A stretch of DNA of 60,428 nucleotides, filler included, from Stramenopiles sp. TOSAG23-6 (taxonomy: Eukaryota), in NCBI GenBank assembly GCA_900128565.1. It is 4 parts of 4 records of this genome, joined end to end, with 100 filler letters (N's around TTAATTAATTAA, not from the genome) between each part and the next. Parts side by side here need not be neighbours in the genome. Positions count along the whole stretch, not along the records: positions 1 to 15,045 come from LT636128.1; 3 more parts are not named here. One strand, given 5' to 3'. The translations under genes and the position numbers were made by a program. The notes below the pieces were generated by a model, which ran no database searches, was not told where the DNA came from, and saw nothing but the letters and a program-made list of their open reading frames with translations. The stretch's first letter is position 1; each line of letters opens with the position of its first letter. This document shows positions 1 to 10,405 of the stretch, in pieces.

Positions 1-87
1 AATATTTCAAAAAAAAAAAACTTAAATTTGTTAGGTACAAAATTTCGTACGAAAACAAAAAATCAAACATTGGAAGTGAAAACGAAC
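1..87 (-). mobile_element. Introner-like intron, partial (donor GTTCGT)
   Basis: Core TTTTCGTACGAAATTTTGTACCTAAC and GAAATATT on the minus strand. Confidence 0.8.
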
Positions 88-618
88 ACGATAAGGACTA
101 AGCTGTCGGTGGTGGTGTTTGTGTATCCATGGATAGAGCTTCGGAATGTGTAAAGTACGATGAAAAGGCACATAAACTAAATCATACATTCCATATAATA
201 CAATACATTGTACAAATGATGCAAATATTACAGGTAAGGTAGGTAATATTTTCCATGAAATTCTTTCTCCGCCACTAAGACCCAGTGGAGAAAAACTAGA
301 GCCACGAAAGTACCTCAAAGTATGCAATACGTAAAAAACTGTTATCACACAGCGATTCACTGTGACAAAGACATGGTCGTACCAATTCAATCTATCATCT
401 GTTAATAAGCGACCCTGTGGTTTAAGCTTTGAAAATCTAAACACAGTGTGCCATATAAACTCGCTCGTAACTAAAACATCCAGAAATTTAAAACCCAGAA
501 ACACAACAACGCTGAGGGCAACTGGCAGTACATCAGATGGGATAGGAGAGATATCGTCAAAATGAGAGACGCTTAGTGCTAATCCGCCTTGTAAAATGAG
601 ATGATCCAACATCTGCAT
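88..618 (-). CDS. Fatty acid hydroxylase/sterol desaturase family protein, exon 1 (continues beyond window start)
   Basis: His boxes HRTLH and HKHHH with hydrophobic segments; frame runs into an intron at 87. Confidence 0.8.
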
Positions 619-858
619 ATTTCAATTTCAAATACCAAAGGCCACAACACACAAGAAAAAGATGAGTTTCTCAAACTGTTCAAACTATAGAGTAGAGTTG
701 GAGTCACTGGAGTGACTGGACGTCACGTCGTGCAGAATCAATCACTCATTTAAATTAATAAATTAATAAATTCGAGCAGCTGCGCACGAATGCCGCACGA
801 ATCGAAATATCTAATTATACAACTCGCTCTCTGAATCTGAAAAACCATTTTTACGAAG

Positions 859-3672
859 ATGAAGTGGATGTCGCGAATTGTTAGCGACGCAAGTGCATGC
901 AAGATGAAGTGGATGTCGCGAATTATTTTCATGGCTTTGTTTTTGCAAAATCACGCAAATGGGTACAAAATCAACTGTAAAGGAAGCAAAGTAAGGCTAA
1001 GCGCTGGATGTTATGTGCCATATGATATACCATTCGGTGACAATAGTCATATCAGAACAAACATGTCGCTCTCAACGCAAGAAGAGTGCAGGGATTGGTG
1101 TGAGATCGCATGGTCGCAAGGACCCGGAAACCTCGACGAGGCTATATGGGAAACGCATTGTTGTGTATGGACTGGAAGTTCTAGATGCAAATTCTATGTA
1201 GGTGGTTACATTCGTCTGCTAGATAATGGGGGGGCAGACGCAGTCGCTTGCCAAAGGGACCTTGATGAGGACGGCACTGTAGATAATATCGATACCGATG
1301 ACGATGGTGACTCAAAATTAGATACTGACGAGCTTGCAAATATTGTCAAGGTATTTTATCTAGATAGTGATTGGGGAAAGAAATGTACAAAGCATGAGGA
1401 TTGTGTTAATAGATGTTATAATGGTAATGGAGACAATTGCAGTGGGAACTCTGCTGAATGTGCCTGTGGCTCACATCGAGGAACAACGATTATAACGGGA
1501 GAATTTAATGGATTATTACCAAATACTGAATATACTATGACATTTGAACCATTGATGAGCGACATGGAACATGGAAACAGTAAGGAAAAAGTTTCATATA
1601 TTAAAATTAACGGAGTAGAACAAACTGGCGGTGTTGGTTGTAAGCCTTCAAGTATAGTTAGAGATTATGATTGCTTTTTCAGGTCATGTCACAAAGGGAC
1701 AATCAATAACGGAACAGCATTTGATCCATTTCCCGCAGTGTCTGACGCAAATGGGAAAATAACCATTGAAGTCGAATTTAATCAGACAGGTTGGGACTGC
1801 GATTGTAACAAAAATACTAACGAATGTTTGCCAAATGGCACTAATTATTACTACAAGAAATTAACGTTTCCCAATGATCAAATTATTGTAGAAGCACCTG
1901 TTAACTATACTTCAATCGAAGCAGCAATTCGTGTGACCGCCATGCTGAAAACAACGAACCCAAAATATGGAGTATCACCTGTGACTCATTCAAGAAAAGT
2001 AGCAACAAAGGATGATAATGTGTGCGATGCGGGTACAGAATTCTATGGCCCAAAATGTGAGGCTTGTACATGCAATGGAAGTGCTTGTTCTGGTGGGGTA
2101 TCTGGTGATGGTAGCTGTTCATGTCCACCTTTGGGAACATACACAGCTGAATGCACTCCCTGTATAGCAGTACCAGGCTGTACACCTGGAAAGACAATGT
2201 GTACTAATAATACAGATGAAACATGTACTGAATGTATTGATGTGAACCATACAGGTGATAAATGTGATTGTAAAAAAGGTTATTATGCAAATGGAAATGC
2301 TTGTGTCCTATGTACAACTATAAAAGATTGTGAAGATGGGTCTACATTGTGTACTAATTCAAACAACCAAACATGTTCAAAGTGTCGTTTCGGTGATGTG
2401 TCTACAACAACATCTAATTGTCTTGCCGTTGCTGGTTATTATAAAGATGCAAATAGTATTAAAAAGTGTCCTTTAGGCACATACAAAGCAGGCGATGGCG
2501 ATGCTCAAGCATTGTGCCTTAACTGTGCAAGTAATTATGTCACTCTTAGTGAAGGTTCTACATCTAGTGCGCATTGTAAAGCTGCATCTGGATACTATGT
2601 GGCTAATAATGGTCAAGTCACTGCTTGTGCTGCTGATACGTATAAAACGGGAGTTGGTAATGACCTCGCAGATTGTGTAAACTGTCCTTTAAATACTAGC
2701 ACAAAAAATACGGGTTCCACTGCAAGCGCTGATTGTGTACCAAATGCGGGTTATTATAAAGATAACACTGGTAAAATAAAGCAATGCGCTACTATAACCA
2801 ATTGTGCGAATGGTAAAACTACTTGCATGTCTGCAATTGATCAATTGTGTAGCGAATGTGCTAGTGTAACAGTAGGGACGTTAATCCTCACAAACGGGCG
2901 GTGCGAGATTGACACCGATAATGACGGTGAAATAGATTCTACAGATAAAGACGATGATGGTGACGGGATTGATGATGACATTGATTCAGCGCCCTTGAAA
3001 CCCGACGCTGATAATGATGGTGTTTGTGATGGCTCTGTAAGTGTAAAGAAGAAGGATGGGGCATTTATTTGTTGCGGTAAAGGCAACTATGGCATTCTTT
3101 GTGATAAGCAATGCCCAGGAAGTAATGCAAAAACTTGTAACGGCAAGGGTATGTGTAACGATGGCATCGACGGAGATGGGAAATGTACATGTGATAAGGA
3201 TTATATTGGTGTCAGCTGTCAGACAGAAGTGAAGCCTGATACAAATACAAACCATACACCAAAGATACCAGATGCACCAAAACAAGACAAAAATGATGCA
3301 AATGATAATACAAAAGACAAACCTCCTAAATTAGAAGAAGAGAAAGGAGAGAAAGGTGAGGTTGTGGAAGACAAAAGTAATGTTAGTAAGGATTCCAATA
3401 ACTTGTTAATGATTATTTTGGTTACTGCAGGTGTGTTATTATTAATAGCATTAGCGCTCTACTACCGCTTAATTAGAGGTATTAGAAAGCCAGGTGTTGT
3501 AGGTGGAGGACATCGAGCCACCAGTCGGTTTGCGATTTTTTTTGGACGATCAAGAAAGTCCAAAGAAGATAGCATACAAGATGTGGAAAATGGCAACGAT
3601 GCCGGTGCAATGGCTGTAGCCCAACCTGTAGACTTTCTTGGCACAACAAGTAATACAAGTGCTGCTTTATAA
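859..3672 (+). CDS. Large Cys-rich type I membrane protein (EGF/laminin-like and Cys-rich repeats, DxDxDG TSP3-like Ca-binding motifs)
   Basis: 937-aa ORF with signal-like N-terminus (start may be 904), CxxGYY repeats, DTDDDGD motifs and a TM segment near the C-terminus. Confidence 0.75.
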   Translation: MKWMSRIVSDASACKMKWMSRIIFMALFLQNHANGYKINCKGSKVRLSAGCYVPYDIPFGDNSHIRTNMSLSTQEECRDWCEIAWSQGPGNLDEAIWETHCCVWTGSSRCKFYVGGYIRLLDNGGADAVACQRDLDEDGTVDNIDTDDDGDSKLDTDELANIVKVFYLDSDWGKKCTKHEDCVNRCYNGNGDNCSGNSAECACGSHRGTTIITGEFNGLLPNTEYTMTFEPLMSDMEHGNSKEKVSYIKINGVEQTGGVGCKPSSIVRDYDCFFRSCHKGTINNGTAFDPFPAVSDANGKITIEVEFNQTGWDCDCNKNTNECLPNGTNYYYKKLTFPNDQIIVEAPVNYTSIEAAIRVTAMLKTTNPKYGVSPVTHSRKVATKDDNVCDAGTEFYGPKCEACTCNGSACSGGVSGDGSCSCPPLGTYTAECTPCIAVPGCTPGKTMCTNNTDETCTECIDVNHTGDKCDCKKGYYANGNACVLCTTIKDCEDGSTLCTNSNNQTCSKCRFGDVSTTTSNCLAVAGYYKDANSIKKCPLGTYKAGDGDAQALCLNCASNYVTLSEGSTSSAHCKAASGYYVANNGQVTACAADTYKTGVGNDLADCVNCPLNTSTKNTGSTASADCVPNAGYYKDNTGKIKQCATITNCANGKTTCMSAIDQLCSECASVTVGTLILTNGRCEIDTDNDGEIDSTDKDDDGDGIDDDIDSAPLKPDADNDGVCDGSVSVKKKDGAFICCGKGNYGILCDKQCPGSNAKTCNGKGMCNDGIDGDGKCTCDKDYIGVSCQTEVKPDTNTNHTPKIPDAPKQDKNDANDNTKDKPPKLEEEKGEKGEVVEDKSNVSKDSNNLLMIILVTAGVLLLIALALYYRLIRGIRKPGVVGGGHRATSRFAIFFGRSRKSKEDSIQDVENGNDAGAMAVAQPVDFLGTTSNTSAAL

Positions 3673-3914
3673 TAAAAGATATCTCTCTTACGCGTTTTTG
3701 ATGACATTTGTTCGAGATCTGATCGTCTCTCGTCGTGGTCAAAAAAAAAAAAAAAANTTTTTGACCAAAATACTGTAGTAGATTTCGTGTTCTGTTCCGG
3801 CCAAGTACTGCGCTTGGACACACGTCCACCGTTGTATAAATTTTATAGAACACATTGTTGATCGACAACTTTTACCTGTTTCAGTACACATTGCCCTAAT
3901 CCAAGCTTATCAAC

Positions 3915-4367
3915 ATGTCATTCATCCGTTCTTCCAGAAGCCTTGCAGCCGGTATTACCCAACAGTTTCGAAGTCGTACACTTATTACCCGTAGTTTTTG
4001 TTCTCATGACGATTTCAAACCGCAGCGCAAAGCTCCAGTACTAGATGACGTTGCTTCTGTGAATACGTTTATCAAATCTGCAACGAAGGAAAACAAAGTT
4101 ATGGTATTCATGAAAGGAACTCCTGAACAACCGCAATGTGGTTTTAGTGGGCAAGTTGTCCGTATTCTACACGCTGAGGGTCAAGAATTTGCAAGCGCTA
4201 ACGTTTTAGAAGATCCGGCACTGAGAGAAGGTGTTAAAAAATATTCTGATTGGCCAACTGTACCACAGGTCTATATAAATGGGGAGTTCGTTGGTGGTTG
4301 TGATATTATGACGCAACTTTACAAGAGTGGGGAACTTGAAGAAATGCTTGCTGGTGAAAGTAAATAA
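3915..4367 (+). CDS. GRX5: Mitochondrial monothiol glutaredoxin (Grx5)
   Basis: [30 protein letters not shown], mitochondrial-type presequence. Confidence 0.95.
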   Translation: MSFIRSSRSLAAGITQQFRSRTLITRSFCSHDDFKPQRKAPVLDDVASVNTFIKSATKENKVMVFMKGTPEQPQCGFSGQVVRILHAEGQEFASANVLEDPALREGVKKYSDWPTVPQVYINGEFVGGCDIMTQLYKSGELEEMLAGESK

Positions 4368-4584
4368 ATGCATATTTGTAGTCTATATTTTTACTACAAC
4401 ATGAAAACCCTAACCCTAGGAGAAAGTAAATAAATGCATATTTCAAATACGTGTCAAATGACAGTCCGATAATTTTGCTATCTAGTAGACACTAATCACT
4501 AATAAATATAACATTGTAACAAACTCTTCTTCGAAGAATCTTCATTGTGTTTTCTTTTTATTCTTCAAGGTAAGAAATAAAAAG

Positions 4585-5959
4585 ATGCTCACTTCACTTA
4601 TTTTTCTTACACTTGTTGCGGCTGCATACTCTTACAATGCATGCAACCTCGATGGTCCGTATGAGACACTTTATCAACGTTTCGAGTGCTTCAAGACTAC
4701 GTTTAATAAAGTGTATAATGCTGAAGAAGAAGACCGCGCCCGTGCAGCCTTCGCTTTAAGCGATAACTTTATCAATAAAGTTAACTCCAGAGGATTAAGT
4801 TACAATCTTGCCCATAATGAATTCTCAGATATGTTAAATTCGGATTTCCTTTCCACCTACACCGGTGGTTACGTACAAAAAGGCCTACGCTATAAAACAG
4901 AGCCCTTCGTTGCAGGATATGGTAGTCCTGTTGATGAGTTGGATTGGGTTTCCAGAGGAGCTGTCACTCCTGTAAAGAACCAGGGTACTTGTGGTAGTTG
5001 TTGGACATTTGCTACTACTGGCTCGTAATTCGTATACATTATAACCAAAATCAATTATACTCAAATGATCTCATTGTTTCTTTACTTGAAATAAGTTGCT
5101 ATATTGTTCATATTATATCATCGAAGGTGCTCTATTTCGGGAAACTGGAAAACTTGAAAGTTTATCTGAGCAAATGATTGTTGACTGTGACTCTTCGGAT
5201 GGATGTCATGTATTTAAATTTCCTGAAATGAATCCTTTGTGTATTTGTCTCTCTTTCCACATTGTAATCCTAATTTTATCATAATATATTCGACATTTTT
5301 ATACATTATAGGGAGGTACATACCAACAAGCTTTTTCGTATATTCAAAGAAATGGGCTTTGTAAAGAAAGTGATGACCAATATTTGGGTAGAGATGAAAC
5401 TTGTAAGCATCAGTGTCGTCCAGAAGTTGTGCTTAAGTCGTGGACAAATGTTCCTAGTATGGACGAAGAATCCCTTAAAGTAGCTGTCTCTCATGCTCCC
5501 GTTGCTGTAGCTATTCAGGCAAATACTTATGCTTTTCAACATTACTACTCTGGTGTTTTTCGCGGTGATTGTGGTACACAACTCGATCATGCAGTTCTTA
5601 TTGTTGGGTATGGTACACTTAACGGTGTTGATTACTGGAAAGTAAAGAATTCGTGGGGAACTTCTTGGGGAGATGATGGTTATATCCTTATTGAACGTGG
5701 TACAAATAAGTGCGGTATTGCAATGGATCCTTCATTCCCTACTGGAGTTTCACTTTTTAAAGGACATTTCACCCCATGTCCAACTATGCAAAAAATACCT
5801 GGATCTAGTAGCTGGTGGTCATGTGTGTTACATAGACATGTCGTTCGTGATGGAGATGCTTGTAGATGTGCTGACGGATATCAATATAAATCAAGTGAAT
5901 GCGTTCCTTGTGGTGGTCTTGACCAGTATCAAGAATTTCCTGTAAAAACAACTGCTTGA
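4585..5959 (+). CDS. Cathepsin L-like papain (C1A) protease; exons 4585-5024, 5119-5209, 5312-5959
   Basis: Signal peptide, I29-like prodomain, [28 protein letters not shown]; splicing restores TTGSIEGA and DGCHGG. Confidence 0.9.
5025..5118 (+). other. Divergent intron, GT..AT
   Basis: Restores TGSIEGA; the nearby AG gives the wrong frame; ATATTGTT lies 10 nt before the end. Confidence 0.7.
5210..5311 (+). other. Divergent intron, GT..AG
   Basis: Restores GCHGG; ACATTTTT lies 11 nt before the end. Confidence 0.85.
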
Positions 5960-6205
5960 ATGTAACAGTGAAAGAATATTATCCCCAGTATTTCTGGGGA
6001 AATAATAGTAAAAGAATCTTTCGTAACTTGTATTATTTCTTTGAAAAACGAATTTGGGCTAGAAGCCCATAACAGCGAAAGAATACGCTCCCCTGTGTTT
6101 TGTGGGAGAAGTAACCAACTTGCAATAAAAGAAAATTTCGCACCTTTCGGCTTGAGTTGTTTTTTTATAAATAATTAGATTGAACTTTATAACATTTAAA
6201 ACCTG

Positions 6206-7138
6206 CTAAAATGAGTCAAGGCCAAACACACGCCGTGCTTGTTCAAACGTCAAGAAAAATATTAAAGACCATGGGGCCATTCTCATCCAAGTAGGAAACC
6301 AACCTTTATATAGTGCCATAAACCCTTCCTGTGATACAGTTTTCTTCAGACAATCAAAAGAACTATGATATAGAACACCGCGACCGGTCTTTGGATCTGT
6401 AGGTTGATTCATTATACGTGTTTTAATAACGTCAGATGGAGCCCCTAAAGTAGCAGCAACTACACCAGATATTCCTGATGCTAAAGTATGAACAATGGCA
6501 TTGTCAGGCAAGTCTGTTTCTCGTAAAATAAACTGCTTTGAAGCGTCGTACGTAGTCAAATCACCCATTTGTACTAACGCTGCTCTCTGGCAATTTGGAA
6601 CCCAGCCTTTCCACAAACCGCGCATTCCACCTCTTCGATAGATTGATTTAAACGCGTCGATTGTACCAGAGTATCGAGGAGTTGCTAGTTTTCCATCTAG
6701 TTGTAGCTGAACTTTCACAAGATCCGTCGGGGACGCAAAAAACTGTCCCATCGCACCAGCGCACATACCAGCAAGGAGACCCTTCCACAGAGGAAACGAA
6801 CCATCTATATTTTTCCCAAAAACTTTATCACGTAAAACTTCGTATGACATTACACGAAACCCTGAGTAAATGCAATGTCTAAGACATGCTGGACTTAAGC
6901 CCCGGTATAAACGCAGCATCCCCTCTTCACGAAAAATCCCAACACCAGTGGCAAAAAAACCACGATATTTGGGTTGTGAAATTAACGCTTGTCTTCTGTT
7001 GACAACTTCACCCTGTGCTTGAAGTCGCGTTTTAATGATATCAAATGGAAATGTCGATATTTCGGCAACGCAAGCAGCAACAGAAGACAACATATACGTA
7101 GTAGCAAATCTACCCGACTTATCCTGTCCGCGAGTCAT
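6206..7138 (-). CDS. Mitochondrial carrier, UCP4/SLC25A27-like
   Basis: Three PxDxxKxR/Q motifs; PNCQRAALV; RMAPWSLIFF. Confidence 0.9.
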   Translation of the reverse strand: MTRGQDKSGRFATTYMLSSVAACVAEISTFPFDIIKTRLQAQGEVVNRRQALISQPKYRGFFATGVGIFREEGMLRLYRGLSPACLRHCIYSGFRVMSYEVLRDKVFGKNIDGSFPLWKGLLAGMCAGAMGQFFASPTDLVKVQLQLDGKLATPRYSGTIDAFKSIYRRGGMRGLWKGWVPNCQRAALVQMGDLTTYDASKQFILRETDLPDNAIVHTLASGISGVVAATLGAPSDVIKTRIMNQPTDPKTGRGVLYHSSFDCLKKTVSQEGFMALYKGWFPTWMRMAPWSLIFFLTFEQARRVFGLDSF

Positions 7139-7622
7139 ATCAAAAACACAGCGGAAAGAGAAATCGTTGAATTAGTTAATAACAGAGTGCTTAGTATTTC
7201 TTAGGTTTTGTCTAAGGTCTTCTCAATAAAGAAGCAAGGAAGGTAGATGATAATACCAGTATCAAATTCAGATTCTACGACAATCATCCAACATCCGAAG
7301 ATCTAGTAGATATGAAATCATAATGATGTCCACCCAACACTGGTAAACTGAGATAATCAGTTCAAGTTTTGTTGTTCAGCAAGACTCTTTTGGTACACTT
7401 CGACTTGTACACGTCGACCCTTCTTCAAAAAAAAAGTTGAGAGTCGAATTTCAAATTTAAATTCGAATTTTGGAATTTATTCGTCGTGTAAATTGAGACT
7501 CACACAACAATTTCCTTTAATTTTGCATTATTATTGATACACGATTAGATGATTAGATTACTCTTTATTAGATTCTCAGTCTCGATGAATAATTATCTTA
7601 TGCCGCTGTAGTGGGTAGCGTA

Positions 7623-9538
7623 ATGTTTTATTTCAGGACAAGGCACTCTCTACAAAAACTTCATCTTATTGTCATAACTTTGGTTGCATTTTCGACGCTG
7701 ACAACTGGAATCCTCGTAGATGACGCAGAAATGACATATGGTTCCTTTCAGGGTTTTCTAACTGGAGAAGAAATATGGGAATATTTAAATCGATGGCATG
7801 CACGTCATCCAAAAATTTCATTACCTCCCAAAAGTATAGGTTTGACTTTAGAAAATCGCAAAATTCCTATAATGTGTATCGGCAGTACGTGCAGTGACCA
7901 AGCAAGCAATACTCCAGTTCCAGCAGTCCTTTTAACATCTCTGATCCATTCAAGGGAGCCCATGTCACTAGCAAGTATCATTTACTTTCTGAACATCATT
8001 GAATTACAGCAAGCTTCCGGTGATCCTAAAATATTGGCATTGTTATCTTCACGACAAATATGGATTGCTCCTCTTCTAAATCCAGATGGTTATTTTTTTA
8101 ACTTGAACCGTAAAAATAATGAATTAGGCCAACGTAAAAATCGTAACTCAAAGTGTCCATCTAATGAATCGAACGGAAATGGAGACGGTCCAGGAGTAGA
8201 TCTTAATCGTAACTTTCCCGTCTGCTTTAATTTCGATAATAAAGGTTCGCGAAACAACCTTCCCTGTGTAGAAGACTATGGTATGTTTTCATTTCAATTT
8301 CGAATTTATTTTTTTTCGTACGAAATTTTGTACCTAACGATTTTAATTTTTGAAATATTTTTCATAATGAATGTGGTGCTTCAAAATTGTCGGAACTAGA
8401 AAGTCAAGCTATGGATCGTTTTATTCGGCAACACACCGCAAAGGCCCAGAGTACACTTACTGATATAACCATTGCTTTGAACTATCATTCATATGGTCGT
8501 CTTATAAATATCCCGTATATGTGCAAACATGAGGACAAAATCACCAAAGATCTTTTTCTAACAGGATCACGAAAATTTTTCCGTGATTTTTATGAAGAGA
8601 GTTTCCCCCCTTCAAAAAGATATGGTTGGAAATGGGGGACTCCGTATGATGACGGTTTGTATACTGTGAATGGTGCGATGAGCGATTGGATGTATCATGA
8701 TCACAATATTGTTGCCATGTCTCCTGAAATGGGACCAAAACTTTTGGACAATGATTGGACGAAAGAACGTGAAATTTTAGCATTTTGGCCAAAACGTGAG
8801 GAAATTCTTCCTTTAGCCAAAGAATCTCTTCAAATGAATTTCCTTTCTGCTTGGCTTGCTGGCCCATTGCCACGTGTTAAAGACGTGTCATACACCTTCA
8901 ATATAGTTGAAAAAATATGTTCTTTTGCGACATCTTTTGTCATAGAAAATACAGGCCTTTCGGCTGTTGATAATAACAATATATATAGTTGGTTACTACC
9001 TGAAGATTCTGTATTCAAAAATACCAAAACATTCCCAAAAAAAATAGTAAGTGTATTTACTGAAATATCGAGATTATCAATGTCTGCTATTATTCATGTT
9101 AGTATGAAGGTACCTTGCAGTGAAGAGGATTCAACTTCTGTACAAACCAAATACAAATCTTTAATTGCCGTAAATACAAAATCTTTGTGTGTTGTATTTC
9201 TTTCCTCTCAATCTGTCGCTATAGATATCTCAACAACTCAAACAATTCGTAGTATAGAATTGCTACGTTCTTCTCCTCAATGTTGCAAAAAATTGACGTG
9301 TATTCTAGATAAATCTAATTATTTTGATCATATAACAGAAAATAAATATTCTGCTGGTGATGTTGTTTACACTGCTGCTGGAATTAGTTTTAGTCTTCTT
9401 GTTGTACTCTTCTGTTTGACTTTGATATGCCCAAGACGGAAGAAAGAATATGTGGTGGTACGTATGTCAATGCATGACATAGCTAGTCCGTATGAAACAC
9501 AAACTATAAGAACTTCTTCAGATAGAGTATCCGCTTAA
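7623..9538 (+). CDS. M14 zinc carboxypeptidase with C-terminal TM; exons 7623-8280, 8373-9538
   Basis: HSRE, NPDG, RKNR, GVDLNRNF, HSYG motifs. Confidence 0.9.
8281..8372 (+). mobile_element. Introner-like intron, GT..AT
   Basis: Full consensus; removal restores PCVEDYxGASKLSE (a 1-nt shift of both ends gives DYCG). Confidence 0.85.
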
Positions 9539-10405
9539 ATATGTCTGGAAAATAAAACCGAAATAATAGACATCGTAATTTATCACTGGCATATATTACA
9601 ATGAATTAATTTGTACCAATTTAGACAGTAAAAGAAAAATGTTTTTTTTTTCTGAACAAATAAATAATAATGATCAAAAAGATACAAGAAAAAATATTAT
9701 TCTTCAAGATATATTTTTTCAGTATAAATTTGATACTTAATTCTACACAACAGAGAATAGAAAATAATATTTATTACGCTAAGACTATTGTGTAAAGAAA
9801 AGAAAATTCTGCTCTGGTTGAATATACATTTATGATAGGACAAAATTATTTTTAAATTGTGTACACGCGGGTGATATGTAGTACTCAGGCCCTACATTTG
9901 AGAAAAAGTTTCATACTGATTATCAGTGATTCGCTTGTGAGTTTTGTTCTTTAAAAAAAAATGTTCAGTGGATTAGTGGTACTATTATTATTATAAGGAT
10001 TTTTTATTTCACGTTCATCCAGTTGTCCCGTAACAACTCGGATTTAGATTTCAATAAAATAAAATTAAAAGAAATCCTTTATCGATAGATTAGTATCTGA
10101 AATTTTATACATCTCTTTTAAAAAGTAAAAGAAATAAAATTAAATTTCTAAAAAAAGAATTAGAAAGAGTTCGAAATACACTAATTTCCCAAATCGGAAA
10201 TCGGGTCATAAAAAAATCTGCCGTTTCACTCCGACTCGACCCAATCAATTTCGCTTTTTCCGTTACACATGTCTCGGCACTTGTTTTAGTTTTCATTACT
10301 AAACTCACATATCCTCTCTTTTATCGGAACACTCGCTCCAGAGTGTTATCAAGAAAACTGCCGTCTCCACTCCCATCGGGCCCACAAAAGGGTAAATCAA
10401 ATATC

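Noticed and set aside
8281-8372. Repeated element read as a CRISPR repeat or bacterial REP/terminator
   Set aside because: Copies are dispersed, there is no spacer array or cas gene, the gene content is eukaryotic, and copies behave as introns.
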